A stretch of DNA of 64,000 nt, from NCBI RefSeq assembly GCF_964204865.1, contig NC_135253.1, positions 10,230,001 through 10,294,000 of the forward strand, given 5' to 3'. The notes under the pieces are model-generated. The model was not told where the DNA came from and made no database searches. It saw nothing but the letters and a program-made list of their open reading frames with translations. A program made the position numbers and the translations under genes. Of the stretch, positions 48,727 through 59,553 are shown piece after piece. Each line of letters starts with the position of its first letter. The first letter of the stretch is position 1. This stretch comes from Styela clava (taxonomy: Eukaryota).

Positions 48727-50628
48727 ACCGAAGACATACATATATATTGTTTTAATTTTCATATATAAATTTCGATTTTAGTGTTTTTTTCTTTACAAAG
48801 TGTTTCATATCGAATTTTATATTATTATATTCAATTTTCCTTTTCACGTGGTATGAAAATTGCAGATCGATTTCGCTGGACGAGATACGAATCTATTTCA
48901 ATTTGAATCACTTACTCACCGATATTATTATTACTTGTTATTAATTCTATTTAAGTTATTTTGTTCTGTTGTTTGAATCAGTTGACCCTGATATATTTTA
49001 ACCAATATTCAATATTTTGCATTCAAAACCGAACACAATAATATCGTTAATTGAAGGATCACACATGAAATATCCCGGTTGAAATACCCGAACAATTTAA
49101 AACTCTCGATTATTTTTGATTCGTTGTGATTATCTGTTGTGCAAAAATGATGGCTCGAAAGGGTGGCGTGAACAAATTTTTGTTAACCCATTTCAAATTC
49201 AAGTTCCAGTCGGATGCGACTAACAACCCTGGTCTAAATTTTATCTTTATGACATTTTTTCATTCGACTATGGCGAAGGTGCTAAATAAATACATGTGAT
49301 TAAGTCTATTCATAACCGTAGGTCAGTATGTATATTATACATATTTTCCCAGTATGTTCCATGGATGTAGTGTACCCCTAACTGTCTGATCACAGATACT
49401 TACGGCCAAAGACGTTTCTTTCTGAAAAGAGGTTAGTTTGAATGTCGCAGATTTTCAAATGAACTTTTTATACAAAATTGTGGCATGACTCCCGAATGTG
49501 GAAAACACAATCTAAGTTTTTTTTATTCATTATTATTATTTTATTTTACATTGTATTCCGAATGTAATCGCTGCTCTTTAAATAAGATAAAGTCAACATG
49601 AATTATGCAAACAAATATTTTATAAATAGCTAAGTTTGATAATAATTTTAATACCAAACAAACTGTATATGAATATATATTGAACTTTCTTTTGTTTCTG
49701 TGCCATTCAATTGATATTTTTTATTTCTCCCCTTTATGTTGTATTAGTTTCAACACTTGTCTTTTAGTAAGATAACTGTTTTCAAAAAAATTATTGAAAT
49801 AACATAACATATAAAAAGAGGGTGAAATTTCAGCATTGAATTATATAATTGAGTTATGCGTTATTGTAATATGAGACTCCGATACTTTTTACCATATTAT
49901 TATTAGTGCTACTGGAAATATTCTTTTAGGACTTTTGTTAAATTTTATAATTGTAGCTAAATTTGTTATCTTTCGTTTACTAATGTTGCAATATAAATAT
50001 ATTAATCGTTTCTTACATCAGATTTGTCGAATCCTATCCCTTTAGTATAGCATTATAGTAAAATTGTTGACTGATGTGTACGGCTACACCAACTCGAATT
50101 ATGTTACCAGCGAACCGTACATTTGCCAAACAACGAATAAAGGCAAACTTACTGGACAGGTAGTGGATCGTTTTGATACTTATAAAACAAATTTTCTCCA
50201 GAATTTTACGGACCAATCGATTTTAAATTCACGGCAATTACAGATGGACAAAATCCTGTTATTCTTGACCGCCGATTTTTTCAGCAAATTCGGTGCTTTC
50301 AGGCCTAACCATACCGGTAGCGATGCGCGACCTTCGTGTTGATATATTTTAGCATTGCTGTATTGTTAATAGCTTGTTCCTCAGCATAAATGCCTGTTAA
50401 TCCTATTTATAAGCTACAGTTTTGAGGTAATGAGGAGCACGGAAGATGTAATATAATAAAACTTCGATACAACCACAACTAACAGCAATATTAGGGCAAT
50501 TACGTGAACCAATCATCAAACAAGTCCTGAAATCCGTGGCATAGAAATGGCTTGAGTATAGTATTCTACGTCAAGGACGCGGAAGAAACACTTTATGTAC
50601 ACCTTCTTGTCTTGTCAAGGAGGTGATA

Positions 50629-51262
50629 GCACATTTGCACCCACGTTCATTTGAATCCACCGGCATTTGCACCCACATCTTTTAGCTCCCACATATGGAT
50701 TGCACTCCACGTACAATTGCACATTTGTACAAACGGACATTTGCACTCACGATATTTACACCAGTGAACATTTGCACCTATGGACATTTGCACCCACAGG
50801 CATCTGCACTCACGTACATACGCACCCACGTATATTTGCATCCAGGTATAATTGCACCAAAGCCAAAATAAAGTATTATAAAACCTTTTACAGTACCGAT
50901 AGTTAGTCTGTCAATTGTCCATGGGTGCTAATGTACGCAAGTGCAAATATATATAGGTACAAACGTCTACGCTTGATAATATCCACGGGTGCAATAGTGC
51001 ATGATTGCAAATGTCCGTGTGTACAAATGTTCGTCAGTACAAATTTCCACGGGTGCAAATGTCAATGAGTTTGAATATCCGTGGGTGCAAATGCACTTGG
51101 GTTCCAACATCCATGGATGCAAATGTACATGGGTTCCAGGCTCCAGCATCCATGGGTGCGAATGTACGTGGATACAAATTTCCGCGGGTGCAATCTATTA
51201 TGCGGGCGCTGAAATCTGTGCGTGCAAATATCCGTGGGTGCAAAAGTATGCAGGTGTGCAAA
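50629..51262. repeat. Foldback-type inverted array of short modular repeats
   Basis: Left arm (50629-50860) has many CATTTGCACCCAC variants, then a ~60-bp AT-rich spacer, then a right arm (50919-51262) of reverse-complement GTGGGTGCAAATG variants. Confidence 0.85.
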
Positions 51263-51299
51263 GATAATTGAATAATGCAATAATTAAATCTACTAATTT

Positions 51300-51428
51300 T
51301 GGTACTTTTGTAGTAGGTGTAAACCAAGATGGCGGAGACCGGAACGTAGTATGTGTACCAGGTTAGGGTTAGGCCATAATTCCAGGTACAAATACTACGG
51401 GGGTCACTTGGCTAGTCCCCGAACTTGC
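51300..51428. mobile_element. Family B TIR element fragment
   Basis: GGTACTTTTGTAGTAGGTGT..CCAAGATGGCGG...GTAGTATGTGTACCAGGTTAGGGTTAGGCCATAA...AGTCCCCGAACTTG shared with the 1951 and 12077 copies. Confidence 0.65.
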
Positions 51429-51446
51429 ACTTTCGATTCAAACGAT

Positions 51447-51564
51447 GGCCTGGATGGCTAATAAAAAACGAATGGGTTGAAGGGCATGGTATGCACCAAT
51501 CAAAGGGCCTGGATGGCTAATAAAAAACGAATGGGTTGAAGGGCATGGTATGCACCAATCAAAG
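51447..51564. repeat. Perfect 59-bp tandem duplication followed by (TA)n
   Basis: GGCCTGGATGGCTAATAAAAAACGAATGGGTTGAAGGGCATGGTATGCACCAATCAAAG twice. Confidence 0.95.
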
Positions 51565-51677
51565 TATATATATATATATATGTATCAATCGAACAACATT
51601 CTCAGACTGCATTCTGGAAGGCGAGGCAATCAGGCGCGGTAAGGTCTGCGAAAGGGTGCTGGGACGGGATAGCGAAC

Positions 51678-52020
51678 TAGGATAGGATAGGATTTACATA
51701 TTTATCCCGGGGGAGAGGAAAGTCCATAAGATGGCTCAATTGTATGACAAACCACGGCCTCTCGTCCGGTTACCAGTCCAGGTCGGGCGTGTATGGGATT
51801 AGTTAGCCAGTTATTTGTTTTCAGAAGCATCATCTTGATGGTGAAGGAGGCCGCAACCGACCAGCGGTTACGTGAACCACCCTACGGCGGCGAGGAGTCC
51901 AGCAATCCTTTCGCACATGATCATCCCCGCATGGGATTCGAACCTGCAATCCCACGAGGGGGTACTCAGAGATGTGGTGGCGAGCGTATTCCTAACGCTT
52001 AGCACGATGCGCCACGCCGC
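51678..52020 (-). mobile_element. tRNA-derived SINE, apparently full length
   Basis: Minus strand reads GCGGCGTGGCGCATCGTGCTAAGCG (A-box)...GCAGGTTCGAATCCC (B-box)...GGGATAAATATGTAAATCCTATCCTATCCTA. Confidence 0.9.
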
Positions 52021-52068
52021 CGAGCGATGGTGACAGGCAAACCGACGACGATTTGAAACTATCATGAG

Positions 52069-52751
52069 AGGGTTGGGAATTTCAGGGAAAACACTTTAAC
52101 CCTTAACCGGGTAAAATTAACCGGTTAACCGCCGCGTGACGTTTGACGTAATAATGTATAATTTCAGCTTGTTACGTCACAATGCTTATAAAGCAATTTC
52201 GCGTGTTCTTATCCCGGTATCGCTCAAAAATATTCACGAATCGAGATAGTTTCATGGTTGCTCTGCTGCAAGAGATAGGCAGCGTGGTTCGGGCGGCGTG
52301 TGGAAGTATTCTAGAAAACCTGATTCCGTTGTTAGCGTCATTTATGTGACAAAATATTAGTGTTCGATATGCAAATTCTACTTCGAGATATAAATCATAA
52401 GGAAAAACGGCATCAACTGCGCACTTGTTGTATGACATTGAATATCCGATTTTGCAATGAAATCGTGAACAATATATTTCGAAATCGACCGAAAACGGAT
52501 TCTGAATTCATCATTGTCAGCAATCTTGGTACTTCCCCTATTTTTCACATTTATTGAGTCCTTACCCACACAGTTAGTAATATTCTTTTGAATTAAACGC
52601 CACAAGAGATAAATTTGCGATGCCGTAATCATATTTGAAGATATTGTACGGTGTGAAGATGATTTGTACCTGAGATGTCATTGACGGGTAAAATAAATCG
52701 TAACCGTTAACCATCTGAAATCGGTTAACCGGTTAACCATTCCCAGCCCTA
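52069..52751. mobile_element. hAT (Ac-like) non-autonomous element
   Basis: AGGGTTGGGAAT / ATTCCCAGCCCTA ends, TTAACCGGTTAACC subterminal repeats at both ends, flanks ATCATGAG/GTCATGAG. Confidence 0.82.
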
Positions 52752-53244
52752 GTCATGAGCAATCGATCGCAAAGATTAATAGGACGCACGACAAGTTTTG
52801 GCATGCACAAGTATATTGAGTATTTGGGATTTAACAATCATATGTCCGAGATGTCATGTAGTGTGCAAATAATGTCACCATTTTTCCAAAATACTTGTAT
52901 ATGAGAAGGAAAGTGCAAAAAGTTATTAAAACTGAATTGGAAATGTACTTTAATTCTTCAATGGTTTAGAAAAGAATGTGTCTGCATAATTTTTGCGGGT
53001 GAGGTTTTTATGATAACGCTTCTTGGATTTGTATTTCGATTCTGACTAGAGTAGATGTATCATCCGCCGCTGCATTCCAGTTCACGCGGACAAATTGCCT
53101 CTGATTGTCATTTGCATATTGCCTTTGCTTAAGTAATAGTAGGGGTTGTGGTTAGGTAATAAACTGTTTTAAAGTTGGTTTTTTCATTCCGTCTTTTCTT
53201 TATCGTGCATAATATATATATCTCACGCGTGGGATAGTGGTGAT

Positions 53245-55314
53245 TAGGGTTGCCACTTCTGGATACATTTTTTTCCGAATCGAATCTCGAATCAAAACTT
53301 TTCGAATCGAATCTTTCCGAATCTGATTCCATTAAGCTTTTTTTTTTATTACATGCGTATGTTTGCCCAAAGTCACAAAAAAGCTCAAATCTAGAAGAAA
53401 AAAATTTGAAAATGGAATAGGCTATATAGCAAGGATGATAAGGGTTTTTCAGTGAATAAGCCACACTTATTTTCATCATGATAAAAAAGATGTAGGTCAT
53501 AGATATCACTTATAAATGCATTGGTGAAAAACTTGCTGTTGCAACTTATCTGTGAGTCTTACAATACTGAGTTATTGTGTTATACTTGTATCAGGGCTGA
53601 GGCAATTTGATGGAATTCATATGAGAAAATAAGCAGGGAACAGTTGTACTGTTATGTCGTAAACACAGTAACAGCACTGCTTTTCCTTGTCCCACACCAG
53701 TATATGTGACCGTGGTATTTCCCTTATTGTTATATTGAATTAAGGCCGGCCTTATTACCGATTCTTTATCTTCAAAATCTTAGTACAATATTTTATATTT
53801 ATGCTAGCAGCATAGAGTAATACGACAAAAACATTCTAATTGCATCTGAATTACTATAAATGGGAAATGCTTACAAGAATATGATTGAAGACGATAAAAT
53901 TAACCACGATTAAATTAAATTCGATAAAAACAATCGTTCATCCGACTACGATTGCGAACAAAACTTTCCATAAATATTAGAGAAAGTATTATTTGTAGCT
54001 AACAGCGTTATTGGCTAACTCGGGCTTCATTATTAATGTGGACTACGTTTAATTTCGTAATTCAGAAAGTCCAAATGTGCATAATGGACGCCGCGCTGAC
54101 GAGCGATAATTGGTTGACGCTTTATCTCGATCGGACATGGTCGCTGGGGCTAAAGTAAGACGACATTCGCACAGTATGCTCGGTCTGGTATGAAATCTGC
54201 CACGTGTTGATGTAAAACAGTGCACAAGTTGCCATTCCTCAAGTATTATTTACTCCCACCTGTCGGTTATGACATTTGCCCGAAATAATCCGAAATGTTT
54301 TATTCGCTTGTATCGCGCTAACAAAATTAAAAGTAAATACTACTTTTTTTTGTAACAGCTGAAAAAAGACGTGTATGTACTATTACATTATGTCCCCCTG
54401 ATTTCGTTTACCGCCACTCGAGTGGAAGCCTGACAAACGCAAACAAAATAAATATATATTTTAGGATGAGAAACATGATTGTCAATTAACATTGCCGGCC
54501 GATGAACTCATTCAGTAATAGTTCTCTTCAAATGTACGCAAAATATTGCTCTCAGAACAAAGTTTAAATTAAATTTCAATCAAAATTAAACATTATCTAG
54601 ACGTCGGTGGCCGATTCTTTATCCAATCATGCCAGGGCGTACAATAACTTAGTCGCAGCGCAGGTGTGCTGTTGAAAATTTTCATCAAAATTGTCACGAA
54701 TTTTCAGGTATACGATCCATTTAAATTCGCGCATAATGGAAACTTCGGCTATTTAGTGGAAAACTGAACTCGCAGTTTGCTGGTAATTACGCCACACATC
54801 ATCTCGAGTGATGCGTAAAAGAGTGTGTTGTGTCGAACTTGAAACAAATGACGGCAGACAAGTAAAAAAGTCAATCACGAAAAATTCATTTTCATTTATT
54901 TACGTCCCGTAATTTGTTGCTATTTGGAGTGCCGCATAAACGCATTCGGCAGTTTTAACGCCACCGAAAACAACGATTAACAAATGTTCAATGTTTTTCT
55001 TTCGGTCCCGTAATTTGGTGTTATTTGGAGTGCTGCATAAACGCATTCGGTAGTTTTAACACCGCCGAAAACAACGATTAACACACGTTCAATGTTTTTT
55101 TTTTCGGTCCCGTAATTTGGCGGTATTTGGAGTGCCGCATAAACACACTCTGGCAGATTTAAAGCCGCCGAAAACGACGATTTAACAAACGTTCAATGTT
55201 TTTTTTTCGCTAAATCGCTCTCTTTTTCCGAATCGCGTAAATCTGATTCGAATCGATCCGGAAAAGATGCGATTCGAATCGATCCGATTCGTAAATCCAA
55301 AAGTGGCATCCCTA
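53245..55314. mobile_element. 2.07-kb non-autonomous hAT element
   Basis: TAGGGTTGCCACTT / AAGTGGCATCCCTA TIRs, perfect TSD GTGGTGAT, CGAAT/GATTC subterminal repeats, no long ORF. Confidence 0.92.
54904..55208. repeat. Internal tandem array, about 101-bp unit x3
   Basis: GTCCCGTAATTTG...TATTTGGAGTGC.GCATAAAC...CCGAAAAC.ACGATT.A...GTTCAATGTTTTT repeated three times. Confidence 0.9.
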
Positions 55315-55738
55315 GTGGTGATTGAAGGCATCGATGCTGCTGCATCGTGCTAGTAAAAGCTATTTTGGAAGTAGTAGAGTCGCCCGACGGTGCAGCATGT
55401 GACTGTGTGATGTTTGCGCAATCTGGCCTATTTTTTACTTCACGCTATGCAATCCCCGCGGAAGTCGTTTAGCGTCGATTTTGAGTAATTACGCAGATTT
55501 ACTTATTTCAACTTCAAGGTTTTACGAATATTGAAATATTTTAAAAACATGTATAGAGGAAATTAAGATGACCTATTTCAGTATTTAAAGGGTGGAATTT
55601 GACTCAAAACACTTGGCCAATGGCCATCAACCAGACGGGTTATTTGGTTATTTAACCACTGTTGGTTTCAAACGGGTACTTCCGCAAAGTATTGACGCGC
55701 GTTCGCGAGTTCACATATTTTCATTGGCCTTGTCGCTT

Positions 55739-55850
55739 TAAATTACTGCATTGTAATGGATAATGACAGAATGAAGGTTTCCTAATACGGTAATTAAATT
55801 ACTGCATTGTAATGGATAATGACAGAATGAAGGTTTCCTAATACGGTAAT
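55739..55850. repeat. Perfect 56-bp tandem duplication upstream of NPL
   Basis: TAAATTACTGCATTGTAATGGATAATGACAGAATGAAGGTTTCCTAATACGGTAAT twice. Confidence 0.95.
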
Positions 55851-56048
55851 AAGAAACTGACTCATTGATTGTACTGTAATATGTATTAAAACCACGAGAG
55901 ATAATATGTTATGTGAAACCAGAAACTGAAAGCAGGAAAGTATGCCTCTTACTGCAGCACCGGTACTGTGTTTGCAGATTCAACATTATTCCGTTATTAA
56001 ATTCTATAGAGTTCTATAATATTTGTGTAAAGAGAGATAGATTTAAAA

Positions 56049-59000
56049 ATGAAGTTAGATCTTCAAGGAATTGTTCCTGCAGCATTTACTCCAATGCATC
56101 AAAATGGGTAAGTTATTATTGGGCAAATGCTTCAGAATAAGCTGGACTAGTCTATATATCAAACTTTTCCTATTGCAGTGTTGCATTCAATACAGTTTGT
56201 TGCTTGAAGGGATACATTCAAGTTCTGTCATTTTGGTTTCAATCATTTTAGTCTACCACTTCTAAATGCATGAAATTACTTTTAAATATATTTAGGGACC
56301 TCAATTTGGATGTCATAGACCAATATGTAGATCTTCTGGAAAAGGAGAACATTTCTAATGTTTTCAGTAAGTTTTTTTAATTTTTCAATAAATATAGAAA
56401 TAGTATTTTCTTGTACACTTACTCAAATATAGGAAAACAGGGTGAGTAACCCATATCTGCATATAGTGACCCAAAATGTAACTCATCTTTAATTAACAAT
56501 TTGTTTGACTGCATTTTTTTTTCAATTGTCTGAATAAGCATGGGCAGTCATTAAGCCTACTTACTGACTTATGCTTTTTTGAATAGTGAGTCAAAAATGG
56601 TAAAAATTAAATCATGTATATTGTATGTACCTTGCCTAAGCAATTTATTTGCTGTATTTATTCTACATATTTTTTTTTGCCACCCATATCAGTCTTAGGA
56701 ACTGCTGGAGAAGGTTGTAGTTTATCAGTTGAAGAAAGAAAAAAAGTTGCAGAAAAATGGATGAAATCTGCCAAAAATAGGTGAAAATACTCATAATAGT
56801 AATAACATTAATTCACAACTGCAAAATGTGGGCAAAAAAAATACCTCCAATCTGGAATTGTATCTATCATTTCAAAATAATGTTTGGCTTTATATAAAAT
56901 ATTTGTACAGGACTGATTGTTATTGTTATGTTTGACATAGTTTAAATATCTAGTCTACTCATAAATTCTTACTACATATTTAAATATTTTGTTTCAGAAT
57001 AAAAAATGTGATCGTTCATGTAGGATCTCAAAGTTTAGTTGACACAAAAACGTTGGTAAGAAAACTTTTTAAAATAATAATATTTTTGATTTCCAATATG
57101 GCATTGTGGCAATTTATTCACGATTTAAAAAGTATAACCTATTTCCATGCTGTTGTGTCAATCGAATGTCTTGTCTGGTCTGTGAGCGATTTTCCAATAG
57201 CTCATTCTCATATCGAGGCTATTGACTATTTTAAATTGTCCTAATATCCAACGTAGTGAAAGCAGTGGTCTTTGCCATATTTGTTATTGAATGAAGGTAT
57301 ATGAAAAAATTCTTTTCTAGTCTGAACATGCAGAATCAATAGGAGCATCTGGTATTGCCACTGTATCAAGCTTTTACTTCAAGCCAAAAAGCGTAAAACA
57401 TCTTTCTCTGTATCTGGCAGAAGTTGCCAAAGCTGCTCCGAATACTCCAACTTTATATTACCATATGCCTAACTTCACAGGAGTGAATTGTGAGTCGCTT
57501 TATCCCCCTAATGTTCTGCACAATTAAAATTCGATATATAGTAGTTTTCGTAATAGATAGTAGTAGTACATTTTTGAATATATGGATACAATTAGCATTC
57601 ACAAAACAATGAAAAGTAGAAAATTTGAATAATCAATGTCTGCCGATCTTATGCTACAAATATTAACTGTAAATATTTTCAATTTAAACTACCGTTTCAA
57701 ATAATTGATACAGGTCTATGGGATTCTGAAGAAGTTATGTAAATAATGTTGTCGCAGTGCACTCATATGAAATTTCTTGGTCCGGCTTTTCTGGAATATT
57801 TGTTCATATAAAAATGTTCCTCACTTTATAAAGTCCATTTTTAATAATTCATTATTAATCATGTTGTAATATTATGATGTGTACCTAATTTAATATTAAA
57901 AAATTGTGATTATGATAGTTTATAATCTGGTGATCAATTGCTCAGATAAAACATTTTGATTCTCACTATTTTTAAAAACGCTTATCCAGAGCTTCAAACT
58001 ATTCATAAAAAATTCCTTGAGTGATTGAAATTTTCCATTTTATAATCCTTCCAACAATCAAATGTGACAAACATGATTAAATATATTCTATTGTTTGTTA
58101 TTAACAGTCAAAGTGAAAGAGATTTTTGATGAAATAGAGAAAATTGGAGTGCCAAATTTTGCTGGTGTAAAATACACTGGACCGGATTTGTGTGATTTTG
58201 GCAGATGTATTGATTGCTATGGACATAAATATTCAATATGCTACGGTGTGGATGAGGTCAGTAGTAATATAAGAATTGTACGATCTGATTAATGTTCTTT
58301 GTACTAATTGTGATTCATACACATTGAATAAATAACCGAAGTTACCGAACTATCCTTGTCGATCGATTTCTTCAATTCAATATTGTTGTAGTAAATTATA
58401 CAGAGCTAAAGTTTTAGGGAAGAAAATGTGACCATAGTAATTTCCTTGTATTCATGCTAAATGAAATGGTATTGTTTTTCTTTGATTCTTTTCGAATAGC
58501 AACTGAGTGCAGGATTATTGATGGGAGCTCAATCTGGTGTTGGAAGTACATACAACTATGCATTGAAGTTATATCAGAATTTATATCATGCTTGTAAACA
58601 GGAAGATTTAAAATTGGTTAGAGAATTGCAATTCAAGGCACAGAGATTCATTTCCTATCTTTTATCAGAAGGTAAGTTTGAAAATTTCACATTTATAAAA
58701 GTAACATTTATTTAGTCTCAAAACGCCCACTCATGCTTTATTGCTTTATCCATATAAAAGTACCCACTGATGTCTAAGGAGCTACTATTATATGGAAGAA
58801 CCAGAATCTTTTCGGTTCGGTATTGCCTACTAAATTCAATACACACTTGGTGGGTTGGAGGGCATGAGTTTCAACATGAGATTGTAATCTGCGATGCCAA
58901 TTCGATTAACCCAATATTAGGGATTGGCATTTTTGAATCTAATAGTAAATCATTCGAATCAGTTCAGATGGGAATTTTGAATCGCTGCCATTTTGTTTGT

Positions 59001-59553
59001 TTTTTTCCGCCCACAGATCGCGGTGCGGTATATCCCTCATTATTTTTTATTCATATCATAATTTTAAAATAAAATTCTGGCATGTGGCTCTTTTCTTCCA
59101 AGTTAGTTGTTGATGAAACATGTTTCTTACTATGTGTTAACACTCAACGACTTGTCCGAGTGATAGATTACATGTTTTCACTAATTTATGTGTCTGAAGG
59201 ACCCATTATAATTAGATAAGTAGTCAATACAACCACATATCTTTCCAAGTATTCGAGATTCGGTTCGAAAAAAATATTTGATTCGAATCTGGAATCATCA
59301 AGTATTTAAAAATGCTCAGCTTTACCTAATATACATTGAAGGTCGTACGTTTTAGTGATGGATTAAATATTTTTTCCATTCTTTAAATATCACGATAGAT
59401 TTGGATATCGGAATGGGAAAGGCATTGATGATCCCATCAACTGGCATAGATGTAGGACCTCCAAGGTTGCCAATGCTTCCTACACCGAAGAAAGAAATGG
59501 ATAAATTGGTTGGAGAGTTGACTAAGATGGGATTTTTTGAATGGCTCAAGTAG
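56049..59553 (+). CDS. NPL: N-acetylneuraminate lyase (DHDPS/NAL family), paralogue 1
   Basis: Exons 56049-56107, 56296-56366, 56693-56780, 56998-57055, 57321-57489, 58108-58256, 58500-58671 and 59399-59553: LQGIVPAAFTPM..GTAGEGCSLSVEERKKVAEKW..VIVHVGS..YYHMPNFTGV..FAGVKYT..YGVDEQL..GVGSTYNY..GPPRLP, colinear with vertebrate NPL. Confidence 0.95.
58918..59324. mobile_element. hAT-like MITE in the last NPL intron
   Basis: TAGGGATTGGCATTTTT...AAAAATGCTCAGCTTTA ends with GAATC/GATTC subterminal repeats; homologous to the copy at 45836. Confidence 0.7.

Noticed and set aside
50647-51327. Overlapping Cys/His-rich ORFs on both strands
   Set aside because: Products of the stop-poor foldback repeat, not proteins.
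51793-52065. ORFs and a tRNA-like sequence
   Set aside because: Part of the SINE; A/B boxes are present but there is no cloverleaf, so not a tRNA gene.
54904-55208. CRISPR-like regularly spaced repeats
   Set aside because: Whole units are homologous with no unique spacers; eukaryotic context with no cas genes.
56049-59553. Horizontal transfer of a bacterial nanA
   Set aside because: Seven spliceosomal introns and colinearity with vertebrate NPL indicate a native gene.
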